Assembly: GCF_900167395.1 (NCBI RefSeq)
Contig: NZ_FUWK01000039.1
Location: 1 to 25,529, forward strand
Direction of reading: 5' to 3'
Length of the DNA stretch: 25,529 nt
From: Nitrosomonas europaea
Lineage (GTDB): Bacteria > Pseudomonadota > Gammaproteobacteria > Burkholderiales > Nitrosomonadaceae
The notes below the pieces were generated by a model. That model made no database searches and was not told where the DNA came from. It saw only the letters and a program-made list of their open reading frames with translations. Positions 1-9,493 of the stretch are shown piece by piece (within the stretch, counting starts at the first letter, position 1; each line of letters begins with the position of its first letter). The translations under genes and the position numbers were made by a program.

Positions 1-258
1 GGGCGCTCACTTCCTCTTTTCTTATCCCGAACTCAGGTTACCGATACGGATCAGCCACTGCATACTTCCTTATCCGACCGGGAATACCAGACGTTATGTC
101 TGATTGCCGCCGGCAAGGGATTGACCGAGATTTCAGAGGAAATGTGCCTGAGCCCGAAAACCGTCAGCGTCTATCGTACCCGGCTGCTGGAAAAACTCAA
201 GCTTACCAACAACAGTGAACTAATCCGCTACGCCATCATGCACCATCTGGTCGATTGA
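1..258 (+). CDS. LuxR/FixJ/NarL-type response regulator, C-terminal HTH domain (5' end outside the window)
   Basis: Frame 1 is open from base 1 to the TGA at 256-258. The translation ...LSDREYQTLCLIAAGKGLTEISEEMCLSPKTVSVYRTRLLEKLKLTNNSELIRYAIMHHLVD carries the GerE/LuxR-type HTH signature. It is absent from the ORF track because it has no start in the window. Confidence 0.75.
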   Translation, partial: GRSLPLFLSRTQVTDTDQPLHTSLSDREYQTLCLIAAGKGLTEISEEMCLSPKTVSVYRTRLLEKLKLTNNSELIRYAIMHHLVD

Positions 259-432
259 CCGTTTTTCTGTATCCCGCAGTTGATTATTTTTTGAATGAAG
301 CGGTTATTCCTTTGCCGTCTGTATCACCAGAACCTTATCCTCACAAGCCGCACAACCCAAAATCTATCTCCGCAGTGCACTACACCTACTCTGGGCAATC
401 GGGATCAGGATCTGATTTCATCTGGCAGGCAG

Positions 433-2247
433 CTATTTCCCGCGCATGAACATTTTGTCCAGTTCAGCCAGGCTGATTTCAAACCACGTCGGCCGACCGT
501 GGTTGCACTGATCTGAACGTTCGGTTACTTCCATTTTGCGCAGCAGTTCATTCATTTCGATCAGCGTCAGTGGACGATTGGCACGAACGGCGCCATGGCA
601 AGCCATGGTTGCCAGTAATTCGTTGCGGCGGGCAGCAAGTAACTGGCCGGGATCTCCGTTTCTGATTTCATCCAGCACATTACACACCAGCTTTTCCGTA
701 TCAGCATCCTGCAGAATAGCTGGCACCGCACGCACGGCCAGTGTAGTGGCCGTCAATACGGTCACTTCGAAACCCAGTTGCTGCAACAGCGACTGATTCT
801 CCTCGGCCGTGGCAATATCGAGGCTATCCGCGTGAAATGTCACCGGAATCAGCAACCGTTGTGCGGACAGCGTCTGCTCATCCATCTGCAACTTCAATTG
901 TTCGTAGACGATGCGTTCATGTGCCGCGTGCATATCCACGATCACCAGCCCTTTCCAGTTCTGCGCCAGAATATAAACACCATGAAGCTGTCCCAGGGCA
1001 AAACCCAGCGGAGGCAGTGCCGGATGCTCATTGCTCTCCCCTGCTCCGGTTTGACGAAATGGGTTCTGCGTGGCAGTGGAATCAGATTCGCTACCGGATA
1101 AAACCTGATAAAAATTGAAAGGCTGCGCAATCATTTCCGACGGAAGCCCTGTTTGTCTGGGGTAGTTCAGCATCGGCGCGGCAGGTACACGCTTTTCAGC
1201 AGGCGGCACTATGTCATCTGCCATGAGCTGTGATGATGACTGCGATAATTCCGTACCGGAACGGGGTAAGGACAGTGCCTTGCTGACACCATGGTAGATA
1301 AACTGATGTATTGCCCGTGCTTCACGAAAACGGATCTCGGTTTTGGTCGGATGTACGTTGACATCCACCTGTTCAGGATCGATGTCCAGATACAGCACGA
1401 AAGCAGCATGACGATCCAGGTGCAGTACATCACGGTAAGCTTCGCGCAGGGCATGGGTAATCAGCTTGTCGCGCACGAAGCGCCCGTTGACAAAAAAATA
1501 CTGCATGTCACGCGCAGCGCGTGAATACGCCGGCAACGCCAGCATACCCTGTAGCCCGATGCCAGCTGATCGTTCGTCGATCCATGCCGCCGACCGGGTA
1601 AATTCCTCACCAAGCACAGTTTTTATGCGAACAGCAGCTTCTGCCGATTGCCAGTGGCCGCGCAGATTTCCGTTGTGCCGCAACGTGAAGGCAATACCGG
1701 CATGGGACAGCGCCATCCTGCGGATGATTTCCTCACAGTGGGCAAATTCCGTGGCTTCGGTTTTGAGAAATTTGCGCCGGGCAGGAAGATTGAAAAACAG
1801 ATCCCGGACTTCAACTGTAGTACCCGCCGCGTGTGATGAGGGTTCCGGTTGCATGACCCGTATGCCTTCGCTGCGTATCTGCCAGGCATGCTTTCCGCCC
1901 GGCTGGTGGCTGATGAGCAATAAATTCGAAACCGATGCAATGCTGGCCAGCCCTTCTCCCCGGAATCCCAGACTGGTGATTCTGTACAAATCCTCCTGAC
2001 TGGCAATTTTGCTGGTTGCATGGCGTGTCAGGGCAAGAGGCAGCTCTTCTCCTGATATACCCCCACCGTTATCGGTCACACGAATCAGTTTCAACCCACC
2101 CTGGGCGATGTTGACCGATATGTCAGTCGTACCCGCATCAATGGCATTCTCCAGTAACTCTTTCAATACTGAAGCCGGACGTTCGATGACTTCTCCCGCG
2201 GCTATCTGACTGATCAATCCATCGGGAAGTAATTTGATTGGTCTCAT
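433..2247 (-). CDS. mutL: DNA mismatch repair protein MutL (endonuclease-proficient type)
   Basis: 604-aa ORF. N-terminal GHKL ATPase motifs are present (ISQIAAGEVIERPASVLKELLENAIDAG, TDNGGGI). C-terminal motifs are DMHAAHERIVYE (DQHAxxExxxxE type), ACHGAVRAN and CNHGRPT, as in bacteria that lack MutH. Confidence 0.95.
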   Translation of the reverse strand: MRPIKLLPDGLISQIAAGEVIERPASVLKELLENAIDAGTTDISVNIAQGGLKLIRVTDNGGGISGEELPLALTRHATSKIASQEDLYRITSLGFRGEGLASIASVSNLLLISHQPGGKHAWQIRSEGIRVMQPEPSSHAAGTTVEVRDLFFNLPARRKFLKTEATEFAHCEEIIRRMALSHAGIAFTLRHNGNLRGHWQSAEAAVRIKTVLGEEFTRSAAWIDERSAGIGLQGMLALPAYSRAARDMQYFFVNGRFVRDKLITHALREAYRDVLHLDRHAAFVLYLDIDPEQVDVNVHPTKTEIRFREARAIHQFIYHGVSKALSLPRSGTELSQSSSQLMADDIVPPAEKRVPAAPMLNYPRQTGLPSEMIAQPFNFYQVLSGSESDSTATQNPFRQTGAGESNEHPALPPLGFALGQLHGVYILAQNWKGLVIVDMHAAHERIVYEQLKLQMDEQTLSAQRLLIPVTFHADSLDIATAEENQSLLQQLGFEVTVLTATTLAVRAVPAILQDADTEKLVCNVLDEIRNGDPGQLLAARRNELLATMACHGAVRANRPLTLIEMNELLRKMEVTERSDQCNHGRPTWFEISLAELDKMFMRGK

Positions 2248-2464
2248 TTGGGAATCGGGAGCGGGGTAATGGAAACCTGCAAAGGAACTAACCGAATCAG
2301 CATTATACCGGCTTCAAGTTATGGTACGCTTTAGGCTGAGCAGGTGGGAGAGTGTGTGGTATTTGACTGATACCGGCAGGTTATCGCAAAAAATAGCACT
2401 ATCCCGGAAATTTGGCTCGATTGCAGTAATAATGAATTTCAAGAACAAAATATTTAAGACCATC

Positions 2465-3124
2465 ATGACACAAGACGAGCAGAAACGGGCAGTGGCACAA
2501 GCAGCCCTGCAGTATGTGCCGACAGGTGAAATCATCGGCATCGGAACAGGATCGACCGCCAATCTTTTTATTGATGAGCTGGCTAAGATCAAACACAGGA
2601 TTGAAGGCGCCGTGGCAAGCTCCGAGGTTACTGCAAACCGTCTGAAGCAACACGGCATCGAGGTTCTGGATCTCAATTCCGTCGGCGAACTCCCGGTGTA
2701 TATCGATGGTGCAGATGAAATCACCCGGAATATGCACATGATCAAAGGAGGCGGTGGTGCGCTGACACGTGAAAAAATCGTAGCGGCTGTTGCACGTAAA
2801 TTCATCTGTATTGCTGACCAGAGCAAGCTGGTCAAGGTACTGGGAAAATTTCCACTGCCAGTAGAAGTCATCCCGATGGCACGCAGCTATGTCGCCCGGG
2901 AAATCACATTACTGGGTGGACAACCGGCCTGGCGTCAGGGATTTACTACCGACAACGGCAATATCATTCTCGATGTCCATAACCTGAATATCATGAATCC
3001 GGTTGAACTGGAAACTGCCCTCAACCAGATTGCAGGGGTGGTGACGAACGGTCTGTTTGCCAGACGAGCGGCCAACGTGCTGCTGATGGGTACCGACCAG
3101 GGAGTGGAGACCATTACAGTATAG
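2465..3124 (+). CDS. rpiA: Ribose-5-phosphate isomerase A
   Basis: The ORF track gives 2321..3124. The ATG at 2465 gives a 219-aa product starting [19 protein letters not shown], which matches the canonical RpiA N-terminus. Motifs GIGTGST, DGADE and [11 protein letters not shown] are present. An alternative ATG lies at 2432. Confidence 0.9.
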   Translation: MTQDEQKRAVAQAALQYVPTGEIIGIGTGSTANLFIDELAKIKHRIEGAVASSEVTANRLKQHGIEVLDLNSVGELPVYIDGADEITRNMHMIKGGGGALTREKIVAAVARKFICIADQSKLVKVLGKFPLPVEVIPMARSYVAREITLLGGQPAWRQGFTTDNGNIILDVHNLNIMNPVELETALNQIAGVVTNGLFARRAANVLLMGTDQGVETITV

Positions 3125-3203
3125 ATACAAGGCTGATTGCTCTACCTCATTCTGGCAGGGTAATCAGCCCGTCAATCGCAGCATCCCCGGCACGGCGCTC
3201 TGC

Positions 3204-3221
3204 CTGTCATCAGATCATCAT
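3204..3221 (+). promoter_or_regulatory. Possible Pho-box-like element upstream of phoU
   Basis: CTGTCAT-CAGA-TCATCAT: the first 7-mer is a perfect Pho-box half-site and the second matches 4/7. A TATAAA hexamer lies 8 nt downstream (3230-3235) and the phoU ATG is at 3269. Motif resemblance only. Confidence 0.25.
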
Positions 3222-3268
3222 CATTGACGTATAAAATTACGCGATTATCTCTTTCCAGGATGCACAAC

Positions 3269-3976
3269 ATGGTCAATAAAGAACATTTCTCAAAAAAATT
3301 CGACGCTGATCTCGAGGAAATCCGCACCCGTGTCCTGCAAATGGGCGGGCTGGTCGAGGAACAGATCAAGAATGCGATCGAGGCACTGACTGAGGGCAAT
3401 GAGCACATGATCGAACAGGTGATCGACAATGATCATCGCGTCAATGCCATGGAAGTGAAAATCGACGAACTCTGCTCCCAGATTATCGTGCGCAGGCAGC
3501 CGACCGCCATCGATCTGCGCATGATTATGACCGTCATCAACACTATTACTGATCTGGAAAGAATCGGTGATGAAGCAGCGAAAATCGCCCGTATGGCAAA
3601 ACTGATTTACGCAGCGGATCGCATGTATACGCCGCGTTTCGTCGAAATACGGCATATTGCGGCCATTGCCATGGACATGTTGCGCAAGGCGCTGGATGCC
3701 TTCGCCCGGGTGGATCCGAACGCATCGGCAGAAATCGTTCGCCAGGATGAACAGGTGGATGAGGAATTCCGCTCGATCATACGGCATCTGGTCACGTTCA
3801 TGATGGAAGATCCGCGCAAAATTTCAACCGCGATCGAGATACTGTTTGCAGCCAAAGCTGTCGAGCGTATCGGCGATCATGCCAAAAACATGTCGGAGTA
3901 TGTGGTCTACATGGTCAAGGGCAAAGATGTTCGCCATGTATCGGCAGATGAAATCGAGCGTGAAGTAGGCAAGTAA
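3269..3976 (+). CDS. phoU: Phosphate signalling complex protein PhoU
   Basis: The ORF track gives 3224..3976. The ATG at 3269 (MVNKEHFSKKFDADLEEIRTRVLQMGG) aligns with the usual PhoU N-terminus, with AGGA about 10 nt upstream. Two PhoU repeats each end in E/DRIGD (LERIGDEAAKI, VERIGDHAKNM). Confidence 0.9.
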   Translation: MVNKEHFSKKFDADLEEIRTRVLQMGGLVEEQIKNAIEALTEGNEHMIEQVIDNDHRVNAMEVKIDELCSQIIVRRQPTAIDLRMIMTVINTITDLERIGDEAAKIARMAKLIYAADRMYTPRFVEIRHIAAIAMDMLRKALDAFARVDPNASAEIVRQDEQVDEEFRSIIRHLVTFMMEDPRKISTAIEILFAAKAVERIGDHAKNMSEYVVYMVKGKDVRHVSADEIEREVGK

Positions 3977-4000
3977 ACAGTCTGGGGAAAACCGGAAATT

Positions 4001-5536
4001 ATGCATGAATACTCTACGCTGGCAGCGGTCGATCTGGGCTCCAACAGCTTTCACCTGCAGGTTGCCAGAATAGCGGAAAAGCAGCTTTATCTGCTGGACA
4101 GTCTGAAGGAAATGGTACAGCTCGCAGCGGGACTGTCCGATGATCAGATTCTGGATGAAGCATCACAGAATCGTGCACTGGCCTGTCTGGAGCGATTCGG
4201 TCAGCGCTTGCGCGGATTTCCGCATCATGCAGTCAGAGTGGTGGGAACGAACTCGCTGCGTGTCGCCAGGAATGCTGCGGATTTTCTCCGTAAAGCCGAA
4301 AATGCCCTTGGTTTCCCGATCGAGATCATTGCCGGACATGAAGAAGCACGGCTGATTTATCTTGGCGTCGTGCACAGTCTGCCGATCTCTGATAACCACC
4401 TGCTCGTAGTCGATATCGGTGGGGGATCAACCGAGCTGATCATTGGTAACCGACTGAAATCCAACAAACTGGAAAGCCTTCCCGTAGGCTGTATCAATCA
4501 CAGTCTGCACTTTTTTCCTGACGGAAAAATTACCAAAGGATCACTGAAACAGGCTGAGCTGGCAGCACGCACTGAAATACAGGCCATTGCAGCCGAATTT
4601 TCCTCATCCCACTGGCAAAAAGCTTACGGCTCTTCCGGAACTGCACGTGCACTGGCCCATATCCTCACATTGAACGGCTATAACAATGGCAACAACGAGG
4701 AAGTCATCACGCTTGCAGGACTGGAAAAATTGCGTGAATTCCTGCTCAAAACCGGTGATATCAAAAAGCTGGAAATCACGGGATTGAATCCTGCCCGTAA
4801 AGCGATCATCGCGGGCGGATTTGCCATCATGTCAGCCGTTTTCACGGAACTGAATATCGACCACATGGCGATTGCCACCGGCGCACTACGCGAAGGCGTG
4901 CTCTACGATATGCTGGGGCGCTTCCACAAGGAAGACACACGTGAAATATCTGTACAGGAATTCATGCAGCGCTACCGGGTGGATCCGGTACAAGCGGCCC
5001 GTATCGAATCACTCGCGGTTACGCTCGGCAAACAGCTCCTCGCCGACCATCCTGATACGGAAAAAGTGGAAGATGCACTGAAACTGCTCTCCTGGGCGGC
5101 ACGTTTACATGAAATCGGCATTTCAGTAGCTCATACCGGTTACCACAAGCACTCCGCTTATATTCTCGACAATGCCGATATCCCCGGTTTTTCCAAAATG
5201 GAGCAGTCCCAGTTGAGCCAGCTGGTACTTTCGCATCACGGTTCACTTGTCAAAACCCGGGACTTCCTCAGCCAGCCCGTCAACTTTGCCCGCTCGATCG
5301 CCTTGCGTATCGCCACTATTTTTTACCGCAGCCGCACGCATATCAATCTCCCGGACATGACACTCTCCATGAACGGGAAACGCTGCACGCTGCTTATCCC
5401 GCAAGCGTGGCTCGAACGCAACCCGCTGACCGGCACACTGCTGAATAATGAAACCGAGACGTGGGCTAAAGTGGATATCGATTTTCGTATCGAGAACCGG
5501 GTGGATGGTCGTCGCACCAAATCCGGCGCGGCCTAA
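4001..5536 (+). CDS. ppx: Exopolyphosphatase (Ppx/GppA family)
   Basis: 511 aa. ASKHA-fold phosphate-binding motifs are present (AAVDLGSNSFHL, VVDIGGGSTELI), with an HD-like C-terminal domain (LHEIGISVAHTGYHKHSAYIL). The length fits Ppx rather than GppA. It starts 24 nt after phoU. Confidence 0.85.
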   Translation: MHEYSTLAAVDLGSNSFHLQVARIAEKQLYLLDSLKEMVQLAAGLSDDQILDEASQNRALACLERFGQRLRGFPHHAVRVVGTNSLRVARNAADFLRKAENALGFPIEIIAGHEEARLIYLGVVHSLPISDNHLLVVDIGGGSTELIIGNRLKSNKLESLPVGCINHSLHFFPDGKITKGSLKQAELAARTEIQAIAAEFSSSHWQKAYGSSGTARALAHILTLNGYNNGNNEEVITLAGLEKLREFLLKTGDIKKLEITGLNPARKAIIAGGFAIMSAVFTELNIDHMAIATGALREGVLYDMLGRFHKEDTREISVQEFMQRYRVDPVQAARIESLAVTLGKQLLADHPDTEKVEDALKLLSWAARLHEIGISVAHTGYHKHSAYILDNADIPGFSKMEQSQLSQLVLSHHGSLVKTRDFLSQPVNFARSIALRIATIFYRSRTHINLPDMTLSMNGKRCTLLIPQAWLERNPLTGTLLNNETETWAKVDIDFRIENRVDGRRTKSGAA

Positions 5537-5611
5537 GGAATCTCTGGTCAGGCTCTCCATGAGCCGCATTGCAGGCAAAATCGTGATGATCGATCAGAGG
5601 TTCCCTAAGAC

Positions 5612-6031
5612 CTATCGCTGCCAGCATTCGGCAACAACCCCATCTGAACCCCTGACACCCGTCTGGGTCAGCGTCAGTGTCCCGCAGGCATCCCCTGCCA
5701 TGGAACCTTCCGGAACAGCTTCCAGCGTGTAGGTATTGCGGGTAAGTGTATCTGCAGAAAACTGGACAGTATATCTTGCAGTACCCGTTCTGGGTGACTG
5801 CGAAACTGGCAGCACAAAATTTTCGTAGTTGTTGGCTTCGGTATAATTTCGTTCGAGTAATTGCGCCATTTCCAGCAGGATACCCCTGGCCTCAGCTCGA
5901 TTGGCACGGCGTACATGTTCCTGATAAGACGGATAGGCAATGGCCGCCAGAATCCCGACAATCGCCACGACCACCATCACTTCGATCAGCGTAAATCCAC
6001 TATTTCCCGTATATGTCCGAGTCCTGCTCAT
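5612..6031 (-). CDS. pilE: Type IV pilus minor pilin PilE-like
   Basis: 139 aa. Prepilin leader and N-methylation site [12 protein letters not shown]|[31 protein letters not shown] lies upstream. It is the last gene of the minor-pilin operon, 17 nt after pilY1. Confidence 0.8.
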   Translation of the reverse strand: MSRTRTYTGNSGFTLIEVMVVVAIVGILAAIAYPSYQEHVRRANRAEARGILLEMAQLLERNYTEANNYENFVLPVSQSPRTGTARYTVQFSADTLTRNTYTLEAVPEGSMAGDACGTLTLTQTGVRGSDGVVAECWQR

Positions 6032-6048
6032 TTAACTGAACCTCCTGC

Positions 6049-9000
6049 TCACTGTAGCTGTTTCCAGGACCGGCGTGGCGGCGGAGCACCGTTGCTGATC
6101 GTTACCTTCTCAACTGCCCCGGTCGTCGTAGCTGCAATCAGGTGCGTCAGACTGCCGGCACTGATAGCTACCGATTCACTGCGAATTCCGTCTGACCCCA
6201 CTGCGGCAATCACCCGATCATTATTGTTCAGCTTGCCGTCACCATTGGTATCGAACTGTGGTTTGGGCATCATTCCGCCAGTTTCAGCGTCCAGCAGCAT
6301 CAGCCAGTTGCGCCCGCCTGCTTCACATGGATCGATGGAAGGAATCAACGTGGTGAAAATAATGCGCCCGAAATTCAGCATGGGCATGATGACTGAACGC
6401 TCACCCTGCTGTGTCCCTTCCGGTGACTGTAGCAGATCGATATACCAGCCGCGTTTGGTCGACCAGTCGACTGAATGATCGGATACAGTACGCTCAAAAG
6501 GCGGGATGACTGTTTCAGCAGTAATGGTTTGTTGCTGCAGCACACTGCGATTTGTTTCTGCAATCGGGCTGCCTTTGTCCCAGATCCCATACAGGCTTTG
6601 CACCTTCTTGTCGGTTTTATCACTTTCAGCGACAAACTGACCGGTACCAAAGAAAATCATATACCCCCCCTGTTTGTGGTAACCCACTTCCAGTGGCGAA
6701 GTAATCGGTTGCGCCTGATTGCTGGCATTTCTGGCAGTAAAGAGCGGCACACTGGCACTGCCAGATTTATATGCTACATCCCATTGGGTAGAATCGGATT
6801 GTGATAGATCAAACTTCCACACATTTCCCCGCAAATCACCCGCATAAACAACATCGATAATCTTGTCACCGTTGGTATCCACCAGTGCCGGGGTAGAAAG
6901 ACCGTTACTCGTACTGGCATTGGTCGGAATTTTTTTGATCAGCGCTCCCGTCTGCAGGTCGACGATGAACAGCCAAGCCCGATCGCTGTTACCGTTATAG
7001 CCATTACCGATGATCGCTGCCCAGGAACCATCATTCAACCGTGCAATTTTTGCCTGGCCATGCACATAACCCAAATCAGCATCGGTAAATTCCCACAGAA
7101 CATCCGGTTCGGAAAAATTGACCGGATCAGTAATATCCAGCGCAAATACACTTTTACCGCCTCCTCCCAGCGTTCCCAGCAACACTGTTTTCCAGGCAGG
7201 TGTCGCACCCATGTAGGCGTCGCCGACATAAGCATTGCCATCGACAAAATAACGGTGGGTATAGCTGGAAGCAGTCAGACGGTTCAGCCCGGAGTAAACG
7301 GCTGCCGGAACGTAAGCAAACAACTCCACACCCGTCTCAGCATTAAACGCATGCAGCATGCCATCATTTGCCCCGGTATAAACCACCGGGGTACGACTGT
7401 TGTTCGATTGTCTGTAACTATGATAGGACGCCTGCCCCGGCGTTGCAGCCGGCAGGGAATCGTAGCTGAAATCCAGCGATTTGATATACAGCAGATCCGA
7501 GTTGACAATATCGCCCAGCACCCCGTTATTACGGTTGCGGAAACTCCCTCCCTGACTGATTTCACCACTTTTATCGCCCCGCAGCCATCCGATGCGGGCC
7601 ATCCCCTGCCCGTCGTTTTTATCCAGCGCCGCCTGCTGTGCTGTGGAAAGCGAGGAAAAATTAGCGACAGTGAATGCCAGACCATTCGTCCCGTTATGCG
7701 TAAAAATCGACCGATCGGCATGCGCCGGCAACTGCTCAGAAGCTTCCCACTGCAATTCACCCAGCGATGCATCGGATTCCAGGTTGAATGCCAGCAGTTG
7801 TCCGCTCCAGTCGGCACTATTGAATTTCGCCTGATAAATCTGCGCACCGGTATTGAGCCGACTGGTATTAGTCGTCACTGCCGCAGCAGAACTGACTCTG
7901 GCGGTGATATTAGTCAGCGCATTCGTAAGCCCGGCAGCAAAAGTGGCCGGATCCTGCGCACTGAAAAACTCACCCCGGCTGTTGACCGCAGCATGCCAAA
8001 GATCATCGATCTTTGCAGAATCACTACTCGTCGGATTCGGCCAGCCTGTCGGTCCACCCGGACTGCCTGGCAGACTGGTCAGTGACCCTTGAACGCCCAG
8101 TCCGACGGTGAAATTCACCATATGTTGCCAGAACGCCGGATCTTTAGCATTGGTCGGTACCTTATTGGCTAGATTAGAACGCAGATCATTCTTCCAGTAA
8201 TGCATCGCCACATCAGCCAGCGTATCACTGCGGTTATCAGAATAAGGCAACACCGGCTTGTACTGGTAAGTTGCAGGGGCTGCATTGGGAAAATGATTGA
8301 TGATTACACTCCCGTCCGCACCATCCGAGTTGCCGATCCCGGGAGAGTCCGTACCATCCCAATAACCATCGGTCATCAGAATATGGTAGTTCTGCCGGCA
8401 AACCGGTTGAGTACCACCAGTTTGTCCTGGTGTGTCACTCCACGGCCCCTGGTCATCCGAACGTTTGAGATATTCACCGACATCTTTTATAGCGTTGCGC
8501 AGTGGTGTGCCCTGCTGCGGAATAGTATGTTTATATAGCTGATCGAAAAAATTTGTACGGTCTGTTCCGGAAAACTGCCGGACACCGGTGATAAGTGTTG
8601 CTGTCGATTTCCCGTCAATTGTACTGCTTCCCTTATTGATCGCTCCAAATCCAATTCGCATATTGCCGCCCTGTGCCGCGAAAGCACGGCCGACACCGGC
8701 ACGTGCTAACAGGACACGAGAGCGGTAATAGGTATACCAGTTGGCAAAATTCTGGATTTCCTCGTCGTAGGTACAAGCCGATGAATTAGCACAATCAGTC
8801 CGGTTCTCTCCCCCATTAAAAGGAGCATTTTCCGGCTTGATCTCGATCTGATCGTAACTACTGGCTGAATTGATGTTTCCGCTCCCCTTGTAATGGAAAT
8901 AGACAGCCGGGTAGAAAGTTCGGGATTCCGTTTTTAAAGTATTGTTACTTTGGAGCCAGCCTGCACTTTGTGAATTGTTTACGGTCAAGTTACGGCAGTC

Positions 9001-9480
9001 TTTGGCAGGATCATTTTTATTGGGAATAAGCCATGGATTATGGGGTGCACAAGTAATCTTAGCATCAATCATCAATGACCCGTCTGCTTTACTCCACGGC
9101 AGATAGCGCACAGTCGGATCGTAGTAAATTGTATTGACATGACTGGAACGTAATTTAGCCGTATAGCCATTATTTGCATCAAAACCAACCACATAGTTAC
9201 TGTAAGTACTTCCACCATAAGTGCCCTCTCTGACAGGATAAACAAAACGCACATCTCCTGTATTTGAGTTTGAATTTGTACTCGGAATCAGATCATCCGG
9301 CATAATCTCGAACTGCATCGAACCGGAATCATCCAGTGTAAAGATGATGTTGGGATCGACCGCGGTCGTCAAAAACAGTGGCACATCGGATAATGACAGC
9401 GCTGCTTCAGTGCGTATCGGCACGAGAATGAATAATGCCATGAGCAGCCGGATTCCCATCGCGGTACGAATGGTTTTCAT
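6049..9480 (-). CDS. pilY1: Type IV pilus tip adhesin/biogenesis factor PilY1 (PilC family)
   Basis: The ORF track extends to 9615. The ATG at 9480 (AAAGGAA upstream) gives the signal peptide MKTIRTAMGIRLLMALFILVPIRTEAA. The N-terminal vWA-like region has DDSGS and LMTDG. The C-terminal PilY1 propeller has VDTNGDKIIDVVYAGDLRGNVWKFDL. Confidence 0.9.
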   Translation of the reverse strand: MKTIRTAMGIRLLMALFILVPIRTEAALSLSDVPLFLTTAVDPNIIFTLDDSGSMQFEIMPDDLIPSTNSNSNTGDVRFVYPVREGTYGGSTYSNYVVGFDANNGYTAKLRSSHVNTIYYDPTVRYLPWSKADGSLMIDAKITCAPHNPWLIPNKNDPAKDCRNLTVNNSQSAGWLQSNNTLKTESRTFYPAVYFHYKGSGNINSASSYDQIEIKPENAPFNGGENRTDCANSSACTYDEEIQNFANWYTYYRSRVLLARAGVGRAFAAQGGNMRIGFGAINKGSSTIDGKSTATLITGVRQFSGTDRTNFFDQLYKHTIPQQGTPLRNAIKDVGEYLKRSDDQGPWSDTPGQTGGTQPVCRQNYHILMTDGYWDGTDSPGIGNSDGADGSVIINHFPNAAPATYQYKPVLPYSDNRSDTLADVAMHYWKNDLRSNLANKVPTNAKDPAFWQHMVNFTVGLGVQGSLTSLPGSPGGPTGWPNPTSSDSAKIDDLWHAAVNSRGEFFSAQDPATFAAGLTNALTNITARVSSAAAVTTNTSRLNTGAQIYQAKFNSADWSGQLLAFNLESDASLGELQWEASEQLPAHADRSIFTHNGTNGLAFTVANFSSLSTAQQAALDKNDGQGMARIGWLRGDKSGEISQGGSFRNRNNGVLGDIVNSDLLYIKSLDFSYDSLPAATPGQASYHSYRQSNNSRTPVVYTGANDGMLHAFNAETGVELFAYVPAAVYSGLNRLTASSYTHRYFVDGNAYVGDAYMGATPAWKTVLLGTLGGGGKSVFALDITDPVNFSEPDVLWEFTDADLGYVHGQAKIARLNDGSWAAIIGNGYNGNSDRAWLFIVDLQTGALIKKIPTNASTSNGLSTPALVDTNGDKIIDVVYAGDLRGNVWKFDLSQSDSTQWDVAYKSGSASVPLFTARNASNQAQPITSPLEVGYHKQGGYMIFFGTGQFVAESDKTDKKVQSLYGIWDKGSPIAETNRSVLQQQTITAETVIPPFERTVSDHSVDWSTKRGWYIDLLQSPEGTQQGERSVIMPMLNFGRIIFTTLIPSIDPCEAGGRNWLMLLDAETGGMMPKPQFDTNGDGKLNNNDRVIAAVGSDGIRSESVAISAGSLTHLIAATTTGAVEKVTISNGAPPPRRSWKQLQ

Positions 9481-9493
9481 ATTGATTCCTTTC

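Noticed and set aside
2321-2464. 5' extension of the rpiA ORF ([15 protein letters not shown]...)
   Set aside because: The canonical RpiA N-terminus MTQDE... begins at 2465. The extension has no family counterpart and overlaps the divergent mutL promoter region.
6664-6670. G7 homopolymer on the pilY1 coding strand, and an A7 tract at 6930-6936, as possible phase-variation switches like the poly-G tract of Neisseria pilC
   Set aside because: The tracts are short (7 nt). They lie deep in the C-terminal domain rather than near the start. They encode ordinary residues (QGGY, IKKI).
7573-7581. RGD tripeptide in PilY1 (GWLRGDKSG), reminiscent of the integrin-binding RGD in Pseudomonas aeruginosa PilY1
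   Set aside because: A tripeptide occurs easily by chance, and it sits in a generally conserved LRG-type segment of the family. Nothing here indicates a host-associated lifestyle.
7060-8085. 341-aa plus-strand ORF, plus other long ORFs in the track (1466..1999, 2314..2871, 5861..6478, 14994..15479, 16462..17070)
   Set aside because: All lie antisense to, or out of frame within, strongly supported genes (pilY1, mutL, rpiA, ligA, mtnP/def). Their translations are R/S/P/C-rich with no recognisable motifs, which is typical of shadow ORFs.
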